DNA of 47,093 nt from a virus. Its lineage: Duplodnaviria; Caudoviricetes. Shown here piece by piece: positions 16,872 to 24,764 of the stretch; the stretch's first letter is position 1, and each line of letters opens with the position of its first letter. Made by a program: the position numbers and the translations under genes. The stretch covers positions 1-47,093 of the IMG/VR virus record IMGVR_UViG_3300038321_000049. One strand, given 5' to 3'. The notes beneath the pieces are model-generated. The model was not told where the DNA came from. It did not search any database and saw nothing but the letters and a program-made list of their open reading frames with translations.

Positions 16872-17957
16872 ATGTATTACGTATCATATTATTCAAAACC
16901 AAAAGGGTATATAGGTATGTCTGAAGCAGAGATTAATAGACAGTATGAGATACACAACAATAAAATAATTACTAAAGTAATCCTTGCAGAAAACCCAGAT
17001 GCCTTATCAAGACAGGCATTTAAAAAAAATAAAATTATCGCTAAGCTTACTGTATTGTATCAAGAGTATAGTGAGTTGTGTTCTGCGTACCACCTTGCTG
17101 TAGATGATAACCACACCATGTATCATGAGTTTACTATACCAAAAGCAAGTGGAGGATATAGAACTATCTGTGCACCGTGTGATGAACTAAAAGATATTCA
17201 GCGCAGACTTCTTAAAATCTTTACAAAGGATTTGAAGTGCCTGCCACATAATGCAGTACATGGATTTACTAAAAGAAGGAACTGCAAGACAGCACTGATG
17301 TGCCACCAAAAGAATGAATCCAATTGGTTTTGTAAATTAGATATAAAAAACTTTTTCCCATCTTGTACAAGTATTACTTTAGCAAAGACCTTGTTAAATA
17401 TTTATCCATTTAATGTTTTAGGATTATTATATATACAAGAGATAATAAGAATGTGCACAAGAAGTGGGGACCTACCTTCAAATCCATTAACACAAGGCGC
17501 ACCAACTTCTCCTTACTTAGCTAATCTTATGCTGTTGGAAGTGGACTATAATATCTATTCATACTGTAAACAACACGACTTAATCTATACTAGGTATGCA
17601 GATGACATGTTGATTTCTAGTAGAAAGACAATAGATATAGTAGCAGTACAGAACAAAGTAAGAGAAGAACTGAGTGCTGTTGGGTGTGCTTTAAATGGAA
17701 CCAAGACAAGGTATGGACAGTGCGCAGGACGTAACTGGAACCTAGGACTTATGTATAATGCAGAACATGATATAACAGTAGGGCACAAACATAAAAAGAA
17801 TATGACTCATGCAGTCCATAACTTCCTAACTAAACCTGAAGTACAAACAAAAGAAGAACAGTACAGACTACTGGGGGAATTAGGTTATTGTTATTATATA
17901 GAACCTGATTACTTTAAACCTTATCTTGACAAAGTAAAAGCAATAGAGATACAATAA
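16872..17957 (+). CDS. Retron-like reverse transcriptase (stand-alone, 361 aa)
   Basis: IPKASGGYRTICAP, HNAVHGF, KLDIKNFFPS, LTQGAPTSPYLAN, YTRYADDMLIS. Retron region X (NAxxH) appears as ALMCH and region Y (VTG) as WNLG. No maturase or endonuclease domains. Confidence 0.93.
   Translation: MYYVSYYSKPKGYIGMSEAEINRQYEIHNNKIITKVILAENPDALSRQAFKKNKIIAKLTVLYQEYSELCSAYHLAVDDNHTMYHEFTIPKASGGYRTICAPCDELKDIQRRLLKIFTKDLKCLPHNAVHGFTKRRNCKTALMCHQKNESNWFCKLDIKNFFPSCTSITLAKTLLNIYPFNVLGLLYIQEIIRMCTRSGDLPSNPLTQGAPTSPYLANLMLLEVDYNIYSYCKQHDLIYTRYADDMLISSRKTIDIVAVQNKVREELSAVGCALNGTKTRYGQCAGRNWNLGLMYNAEHDITVGHKHKKNMTHAVHNFLTKPEVQTKEEQYRLLGELGYCYYIEPDYFKPYLDKVKAIEIQ
17926..17955 (+). promoter_or_regulatory. Promoter inside the RT 3' end, pointing at the ncRNA array
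   Basis: TTGACA (17926-17931)-N18-TACAAT (17950-17955); predicted start near 17962, a few nt before ncRNA unit 1. Confidence 0.7.
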
Positions 17958-17966
17958 AATATATTA

Positions 17967-18089
17967 TACACACAAGCAAAAGAAGTTGATTAACATTTGT
18001 TAATCTGTTTAAGTCAGGCTTAAACAAGAATAAGATTAGCATTAATATATATATAATCAGATTAATTATATATTATACAGTTGTGTGTA
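17967..18089 (+). ncRNA. Retron-type msr-msd ncRNA, unit 1 (short AT-rich msd)
   Basis: Terminal IR TACACACAA/TTGTGTGTA with G17976 and G18080 just inside. Hairpins GATTAAC-attt-GTTAATC and TGTTTAAG-tcagg-CTTAAACA; then TAATATATA..TAAT-cag-ATTA..TATATATTA. Confidence 0.75.
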
Positions 18090-18105
18090 AAGCGCCAAAA
18101 TATTA

Positions 18106-18320
18106 TTCATACTAGAAAAAAATCATTTGTTGTCATTCAACATGTTTAGGTTATGCTTAAACAAAGAACAAAGTAAAAGACAGATGAGTCCCATTCTCAG
18201 GCTGCAGGTCCCAGATAACACATTAATCCCTGCTGGTACAAATCAACAAAACAGGGATTAATGAGTCATCGGGACCACACAGCCGAGAAATTAACTCATC
18301 AGAGTTGATAGTAGTATGAA
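18106..18320 (+). ncRNA. Retron-type msr-msd ncRNA, unit 2 (long msd hairpin)
   Basis: Terminal IR TTCATACTA/TAGTATGAA with G18115 and G18311 just inside. Hairpins TGTTG-tcatt-CAACA and TGTTTAGG-ttatg-CTTAAACA; 118-nt hairpin 18183-18300 (GATGAGT, TTCTC, GGCTG, GGTCCC, CATTAATCCCTG and their complements). Confidence 0.8.
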
Positions 18321-18330
18321 AGGAAAAATA

Positions 18331-18729
18331 ATGGAACAGAGATTAACAGAAATAGATTTCTGGATATTTATTTCTAACTGCTCAGAGAACTGTTTGTGTC
18401 AGGCTGATTTATATTACATCAGCACTGCCCTATATGGGTTATCAAGACAACCACAGAAGCTACTCAGTACATTGATAATAGAAGTGTTAGATAATGATTC
18501 CAGACACAGACCATCCATTGCAGAACAAGTGTTCTATTATAAAAGAAAAGGATACACTATAAAAAAGATAGCAAAGCTAATGCAAATAGGATATCAAACA
18601 GCGCGGAATAACGCACACGTGCATGTAGACCTACTGCCTACACACACTGCTGAAGAAATAAAAGTTATGTGTGCAGTGATGAAAGCAGCAAGAGCTTTGG
18701 AAAGGAGTGTTGTAGACAATGCAGATTAA
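18331..18729 (+). CDS. Helix-turn-helix DNA-binding protein (sigma region-4/LuxR-like)
   Basis: YYKRKGYTIKKIAKLMQIGYQTARN is a typical HTH; start likely ATG 18331 after AAAGGA. Confidence 0.7.
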   Translation: MEQRLTEIDFWIFISNCSENCLCQADLYYISTALYGLSRQPQKLLSTLIIEVLDNDSRHRPSIAEQVFYYKRKGYTIKKIAKLMQIGYQTARNNAHVHVDLLPTHTAEEIKVMCAVMKAARALERSVVDNAD

Positions 18730-19147
18730 TTTTAATAATGAGAATTTAATAGCATGTCAAGATGAATGGAATAACCTAGACCCTGAAAAAAGAATACAGA
18801 TGTCAGCTTATGACTTAGCAAAAGAAACTCCTATTGAAACTATAGACATGTGGTTAAATTTTTTATCTGAACCACAAGTAAAAGACCAATTAGACAGAGA
18901 GTTGAACCTATACAAAGAAGCACAACAGCGTAAGCTGATAGCTAAAGTAAACTCTAATGATAAATCAGTAGGCACTGCACAGCTTATCAGTGCCTTGGAA
19001 AAAACTAAAAACAATGATTCAGATAAAATAGGAAACATAATAGTTTACTCTTATGTTCCTCTCAATACAAGAGAAGCTGAATCACCACAAGCTGTAGCTG
19101 AGACTGTGGATATATTTGATAGGAGACAGATGAATGTTGACCCTTAG
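18719..19147 (+). CDS. Hypothetical protein (possible HTH / small-terminase-like)
   Basis: 142 aa, RBS AAGGAG. SAYDLAKETPIETIDMWLNFL could be an HTH; function uncertain. Confidence 0.6.
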   Translation: MQINFNNENLIACQDEWNNLDPEKRIQMSAYDLAKETPIETIDMWLNFLSEPQVKDQLDRELNLYKEAQQRKLIAKVNSNDKSVGTAQLISALEKTKNNDSDKIGNIIVYSYVPLNTREAESPQAVAETVDIFDRRQMNVDP

Positions 19148-20471
19148 ACCATACCAAGAAGAGGATTTAAAATATTATTTATCACACAACAGCATAGGAA
19201 ACTTCAGTGAACAGCGTACAGGCAAGACACCACCTGTATGTAAGGCACTAAAAGAATTAAACTTTAGCAGGGTACTTATTGTATGCCCTGCTTCTTTGTG
19301 TTATATGTGGCAGGCTGAGCTGTTAAAGTGGACAGAACTCTCAAGCACTGTAGCTAAGACTACCACATTCAGCAAGCCTGACACCAGCATATATATAACT
19401 AACTATGAAAAGATAAGAGGGACTAAAGGTAAGCAGGGTTTCTTTCAGGCTTTACAAAAGTGGCGACCTGAAGCAGTGATACTTGATGAAGCGCACCGCA
19501 TTAAAAACAGACAATCTCTAACCTTTACTAACCTGCGTAAGCTGCGTAATTGTAAGTTTAAAGTAGCACTCACAGGCACACCTGCTTTTAATAAACCCTG
19601 GGATGTATGGGCTGTATTGAACTGGTTATTTCCTAAGATGTATTCTAGCTATTGGAAATTTATTGATGAATACTTTGAGCAGGATGTACTGTGGGTGCAT
19701 GGTGAACCGCACGCACAACCAGCAAAATTCAAACAAGGTGCTGATAAACTACTCAGCATGAATCTTGATATAAATTGTATACAGCATAAAAGAAAAGAAG
19801 TAATGCAGTGGGCTAAGGATATAGAAGAACCTACGGTCATTCGTCTAAACCCTACTAAACTGCAGGTAACAGCTGTAAATAATTTAATGAAATATTTTGA
19901 ATACAAACATATATGTACTAAAACAATTCTTGATAATCTAATACGTGTACGGCAAATATTAACAGCACCAGAGATACTGGATATAAAAGGCAGTAGTCCT
20001 AAAACAGAATGGTTGCTGCAGTATTTAAAAGATTATCCTAATCAAAGTACGTTAGTATTTTCTAACTCTAAAAAATTTTTAACCTATTTAAAAAATATTT
20101 TAGACAAACATAAACTTCCAACAGCTACCATATCTGGGGATGTATCCCAAAAGAAACGACAAGATATTGTAGTAGCATTTCAAGAAGGAGATATTAATAT
20201 ACTGCTGTTACAGACACAGGCAGCAAGAGAGGGATTGACTCTTGATAAAGCTGATGTTAGTATCTTCTTAGACACTTATCCGCCTGTAGCAGATTACCTA
20301 CAAGCAAAAGATAGAATGGTATCCACAACACCAGAAAGAGATAAGCCTAAAGAGATAATCCATGTGATGATGGCTGGCACATATGACGAACAGTTATATA
20401 AACTGGTTGAAACAAACGCAGATAATGCTGCTGTTATCAATGATTATAAAGACTATATAAGAAAGGAATAA
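19134..20471 (+). CDS. SNF2-like superfamily 2 helicase
   Basis: SEQRTGKT, LIVCPASL, ITNYE, VILDEAH, ALTGTP, EGLTL and QAKDR motifs. Confidence 0.9.
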   Translation: MLTLRPYQEEDLKYYLSHNSIGNFSEQRTGKTPPVCKALKELNFSRVLIVCPASLCYMWQAELLKWTELSSTVAKTTTFSKPDTSIYITNYEKIRGTKGKQGFFQALQKWRPEAVILDEAHRIKNRQSLTFTNLRKLRNCKFKVALTGTPAFNKPWDVWAVLNWLFPKMYSSYWKFIDEYFEQDVLWVHGEPHAQPAKFKQGADKLLSMNLDINCIQHKRKEVMQWAKDIEEPTVIRLNPTKLQVTAVNNLMKYFEYKHICTKTILDNLIRVRQILTAPEILDIKGSSPKTEWLLQYLKDYPNQSTLVFSNSKKFLTYLKNILDKHKLPTATISGDVSQKKRQDIVVAFQEGDINILLLQTQAAREGLTLDKADVSIFLDTYPPVADYLQAKDRMVSTTPERDKPKEIIHVMMAGTYDEQLYKLVETNADNAAVINDYKDYIRKE

Positions 20472-20475
20472 GTAG

Positions 20476-21432
20476 ATGAATGAAAGTTTAGAACAAGTAT
20501 TAAAACCAAGAGAAGCAAAAAGACAACAAGCTAAAGCAAGCATTTTAATTGAGGGGTTGTCAGGAAGTGGTAAGTCAGGGCTGGCATTGTTATTAGCCTA
20601 TGGACTGGCAGGCAAAGACTGGACTAAGATATGTGCAACCGATACAGAGAATAAGTCCTTGGACTTATTTGATGGTACACAAATGAGCACAGGAATAAAG
20701 TGTGACCACTTTAAGAAGATTGATTTGCTGCCCACGTATGGGTATTCTCCTCAGAACTATCTTCTTTGCAAGAGTAATGCGATTGATGTAGGAGCTGAAG
20801 TAGTTATTAATGACAGTCTCACACACATGTGGCATCAAGAAGGAGGTGTCCTTGACTTAGTAACACAGGTACAGCTTAGCAACAACAAGCTGAATAACTA
20901 TACTGCGTGGGGCACTAATGAAGTTAAAACTGAGAAGCAGGCTATCTATGCATGTATAAGAGATGCAAGAGTACATGTGATATCTACTGTACGTGTAAAA
21001 GAAAAGTTTGATATCGTACCAGGAGAAGGACTAAACTCTTTAGGTGAACAGGAAATGATGATGCCTGACTTGAAGTATGAGCCTGACTTAGTGCTTCATA
21101 TGATGCGTGCAGGAGCACCTGATGGAACCGCTCCCATTGCTAAAGTAATTAAGACTAGGTACACTATATTTAAAAGAAACCAGAACTATCAGTTCACTCC
21201 TGATATCATAGACTCTTTGGTGTCCTATCTAAATGAAGGAGCAGACCCTGAAGAACTCATGGAGAAACAGAGACAGGATTATATTAATACTATCTCAGGT
21301 ATTCTGGACAGTGATATAAGTAAGAAAACAATGTTCCCGTTACTCAAAGAACAACAGGGACATAAAGATACTAAGTTAATTGAGTTACCATTAGATGTAC
21401 TTCAGACTTTACTAGGCACTCTACTGGCATAA
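20476..21432 (+). CDS. AAA-family ATPase (AAA_24/Sak4-like recombination protein)
   Basis: Walker A GLSGSGKS, DTEN, VVINDSLTH, YEPD; upstream of an SSB-like gene. Confidence 0.8.
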   Translation: MNESLEQVLKPREAKRQQAKASILIEGLSGSGKSGLALLLAYGLAGKDWTKICATDTENKSLDLFDGTQMSTGIKCDHFKKIDLLPTYGYSPQNYLLCKSNAIDVGAEVVINDSLTHMWHQEGGVLDLVTQVQLSNNKLNNYTAWGTNEVKTEKQAIYACIRDARVHVISTVRVKEKFDIVPGEGLNSLGEQEMMMPDLKYEPDLVLHMMRAGAPDGTAPIAKVIKTRYTIFKRNQNYQFTPDIIDSLVSYLNEGADPEELMEKQRQDYINTISGILDSDISKKTMFPLLKEQQGHKDTKLIELPLDVLQTLLGTLLA

Positions 21433-21452
21433 AAAGAAAAGGAGATTAAAGT

Positions 21453-21986
21453 ATGGCTATTAATTTTGATGCACTACCCCAATCCAATCCGTTTGGTACA
21501 CCCAATCCAGGATTGTATCTTGCTAAAATTGAAGAGGCAAGAATGAAACAAGGAAAGGATACGAAGAAACCACCATATCTAAACGTAAAGTATTCATTAA
21601 CAAAACATAATGGTGAGTCAGGTGGAACATTGTATGATATTATAAGTGAATCCGACAGTCAGGTTGTTCAGTATAAGATTGGAAGATTCCTTAGAGCGTG
21701 TAACATTCCACTGCAAGGAACAATGGAATTAAAAGACATTGCTAAACTGGTACAGAATAAGACAATCGTTGTGGATGTAGCACTGGATGATAAAGACGAA
21801 AGACCGAGAGCACAGGTAGATTTGTTTAGCAATGAAGCCTACTATCAAGCTGGTGAATTTGAAGAAATCTACAGATTACTTCATCCTTCAGAGTATATGT
21901 CTGACGTGGCAGCAGTCCCTGATACTGTGACAAGTGAAGAAGTTCCTTTTATTGATGAGCCAGTTGAAGATTCTCCAGAATATTAA
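21453..21986 (+). CDS. DUF669-like single-stranded DNA-binding protein
   Basis: PNPGLYLAKIEEA N-terminus and acidic tail with EVPF; follows the Sak4-like ATPase. Confidence 0.75.
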   Translation: MAINFDALPQSNPFGTPNPGLYLAKIEEARMKQGKDTKKPPYLNVKYSLTKHNGESGGTLYDIISESDSQVVQYKIGRFLRACNIPLQGTMELKDIAKLVQNKTIVVDVALDDKDERPRAQVDLFSNEAYYQAGEFEEIYRLLHPSEYMSDVAAVPDTVTSEEVPFIDEPVEDSPEY

Positions 21987-24764
21987 ATGGGGTTCTTTGA
22001 ACGATACTTTGATACAGACACAGATGAAGAAGAGGTAGCTGTCTGCTGTCCTTTTCCTCATCATACTGATAATGGTGTAGCATATACAGAGAGTAATCCT
22101 TCAGCACACATTAATACAAGACGTAGGTTATTTCATTGTAAAGTGTGTAACCAAGGATACTCTGAAGTAGTATTCATCACCAAGGTATTGCAATGTACTT
22201 ATGGCAATGCAGCCAGACTGGTCAGAGTATTTAATAACCAAGAGGACATACAGGAATGGGATGACTGTACTTCATTAAAAGATAGTGCAAGAGAATTGGC
22301 TCATTCTTTTAACATTAGCGATGAAGTGTTAGCTGAGCTGCATGTAGCAGGAGAAGATAATCTGTTACAATTCCCAGTGTTCCTATATAATAAGCTTATA
22401 GATATTCGTAGCTATTGTCCTGGTGGCAGGCCTAAAATAAAAAGCAGACAAGGTGCTATTGCTGGAGCAATACTACCACAAGGTATAGAAAAAATTCCTA
22501 TAAATAAAACTATACTCTTGTGCGCAGGAGAGAAAGATATGGCTGTTACACGCAGCCATGGCTTTCAAGCATTTACTATTACAGGTGGTGAGAACTGTTT
22601 ACCTTACAGCCCACTGCCTTTCAAAAATAGACATGTGGTGATTCTGTATGATAATGATGATGCAGGTAGGAGCGGTGCAGTTAGGCTTGCATCATATCTT
22701 ATGGAGTATACTGCAGATGTTAAAGTATGTACTGCTTTTCATTCAGTGTGTGTTGAGGATAAAGAAGACATGACAGATTATTGGAATAAATATAGTGGAA
22801 CCAAAGAACAGCTGGTCCGAATGATGAATCAAACTTCTTTATTTACACCTGAAGAAAAAGTAAACAATGTAAATATTCCTCTTGTGTCTTTAGCACAGGC
22901 AACTGCACCACAATATATAGGAAAAGTCATACGTAGTAATGTACAAATAGTGGCAGTAAATGATGCACAGTACCTTACACCGACTACAATCACAGGTGAG
23001 AAACTAAAGATAGTAGGTGACGGTAAAGACACTATGTACCAAGGAGAAATAAAAGACTGGTATCTTGCTGAGAATACTATCCAAGATGTACTTCACATGA
23101 TAGACGGAGGGTTTAAAGAGACAGACATAAATAAAAATATTAAAACGTTATTACATATACCTCAAGGTGAAAAGTATGTACGTATAAATAAAACAGCTAA
23201 AGAGGTTGTGTATAAAGCGTGTGTAACTGATATGTTTGAATCAATGAACACTGACGTAATGCCAATGGAGTATACTGCCTACTGTGTGGGGACTAGACTT
23301 GAGTCAGGTAAGAAATATACGTGTACCTATAAGCTAGTACCACACCCCTATAAAGGACAGCAGCTCACTATGATAATACTCAATGCAGTACCAGCCAATG
23401 ATAGTGTAAGTAACTTCAGAATAACTGACGATGTAAAGACAAACTTAGATGTCTTCCGTAGTATTGAAGGAACTGTAGCTGAAAAAGTAGACCAGCTTGT
23501 ACAAAAAGTTAAAGGAATGTTGGGGTATAACGGTAACGATACCTTGATAAAAGTGATAGACTTATCTTACCACACTGTACTTGCATTTGATTTAGGACAT
23601 TTTAAAAAAGTACGTGGATACTTAGATACTTTTATTGTAGGAGAATCAAGAGTAGGTAAGTCAAGCACAGCAGAAGCATTACGGAAAACATATCAACTGG
23701 GTGCGTTTACCTCTTTAGCAGGTAACTCAGCAACTGTACCAGGATTAATAGGTGGCAGTAATAAAACATCCAGTGGTTCTTTTCAAACAAAAGCAGGCAT
23801 CATTCCTCAGAACCACAAAGGTTTAATAATCTTTGAAGAGTTCGGTAAGTGTAACACTAACCTTACTGCAGAGCTTACAGATATACGAAGCAGTAATGAG
23901 GTGCGCATTACCAGAGTATCTGGCACATTATCTTTACCTGCTATGGTGCGTATGATAACCCTAAGCAATGTTAAATCATTCACAGGAACTATTAAATCCA
24001 TAGCAAGCTATCCAAATGGTATAGCCGTCATCACAGAACTGGTGCCAACAGCAGAAGACATAGCAAGATATGATTTGTTATGCGTGCTGAGTGATAAAGG
24101 CAACGCTCAGATAGACCCATACTGGGAACCTGAAGAACCTTTACCTGATGAAGTATACCAGACAAGAGTGAGGTGGGTGTGGAGCAGAACAGCAGAACAA
24201 GTAATTATTTCTAAAGATGTAGGCAGATATATATTAGAACAAGCAAACATATTAAATAAAAAATATGACTGCCATATAAAAATCTTTGGAACAGAAGCAT
24301 GGAAGAAACTAGCTAGGCTTAGCATAGCCATAGCTGGGTATGTAGTGTCTACTGATGAGACTTATGAAAATATCATAGTCACTAAAGAACATGTGGACTA
24401 TGCAATCAGTACGTTCCTTGAGCTTTATGATAACCCTACGTTCAGACTAAAAGAGTATGTAGATAATGAACGTAAGTATTCTGAGATAGACGAGGGAGGT
24501 ATAGCTGTATTACAAGAAATGTATGTGCATGTTCCTCAGCTGCTAATAACTTTAGAACAAGAAGCCAGTCCAACCAGAGCAATACTTATGGCTGCAGCTG
24601 GCATGACACAAGATATCTATAATCTTAATATAAATAAGTTAGTACGTAGCAGCATGTTGACTATGACAGGTAATGATATTATTCCTACTGAAAGATTTAG
24701 ATTAGGAATGGCAAAGATTAATAGACACGCAAATTTAGTAAGGGTAGGTGAAACAAATGCTTAA
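21987..24764 (+). CDS. Primase-helicase: Zn-finger + TOPRIM primase + MCM-like AAA+ helicase
   Basis: CCPFPHH...FHCKVC; TOPRIM CAGEKD and YDNDDAG; Walker A VGESRVGKS, Walker B IIFEEF; ARYDL resembles the MCM arginine finger SRFDL. Confidence 0.85.
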   Translation: MGFFERYFDTDTDEEEVAVCCPFPHHTDNGVAYTESNPSAHINTRRRLFHCKVCNQGYSEVVFITKVLQCTYGNAARLVRVFNNQEDIQEWDDCTSLKDSARELAHSFNISDEVLAELHVAGEDNLLQFPVFLYNKLIDIRSYCPGGRPKIKSRQGAIAGAILPQGIEKIPINKTILLCAGEKDMAVTRSHGFQAFTITGGENCLPYSPLPFKNRHVVILYDNDDAGRSGAVRLASYLMEYTADVKVCTAFHSVCVEDKEDMTDYWNKYSGTKEQLVRMMNQTSLFTPEEKVNNVNIPLVSLAQATAPQYIGKVIRSNVQIVAVNDAQYLTPTTITGEKLKIVGDGKDTMYQGEIKDWYLAENTIQDVLHMIDGGFKETDINKNIKTLLHIPQGEKYVRINKTAKEVVYKACVTDMFESMNTDVMPMEYTAYCVGTRLESGKKYTCTYKLVPHPYKGQQLTMIILNAVPANDSVSNFRITDDVKTNLDVFRSIEGTVAEKVDQLVQKVKGMLGYNGNDTLIKVIDLSYHTVLAFDLGHFKKVRGYLDTFIVGESRVGKSSTAEALRKTYQLGAFTSLAGNSATVPGLIGGSNKTSSGSFQTKAGIIPQNHKGLIIFEEFGKCNTNLTAELTDIRSSNEVRITRVSGTLSLPAMVRMITLSNVKSFTGTIKSIASYPNGIAVITELVPTAEDIARYDLLCVLSDKGNAQIDPYWEPEEPLPDEVYQTRVRWVWSRTAEQVIISKDVGRYILEQANILNKKYDCHIKIFGTEAWKKLARLSIAIAGYVVSTDETYENIIVTKEHVDYAISTFLELYDNPTFRLKEYVDNERKYSEIDEGGIAVLQEMYVHVPQLLITLEQEASPTRAILMAAAGMTQDIYNLNINKLVRSSMLTMTGNDIIPTERFRLGMAKINRHANLVRVGETNA

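Noticed and set aside
16872-17957. RT as part of a diversity-generating retroelement
   Set aside because: Motifs are retron-like. I saw no Avd-like gene and no template/variable repeat pair differing at adenines. The tail-fibre repeats are ordinary in-frame coding repeats.
16872-17957. RT as a group II intron maturase
   Set aside because: Too short, no X/En domains, flanking genes intact, and no domain V-like sequence seen.
18030-18080. Similarity of the unit-1 msd to the TA-rich control region at 10.4-10.9 kb
   Set aside because: Both are low-complexity AT sequence and I found no long exact match.
17967-18320. CRISPR array or simple terminators after the RT
   Set aside because: Only two units, conserved in structure rather than sequence; no cas genes; the hairpins lack + strand U-tracts.
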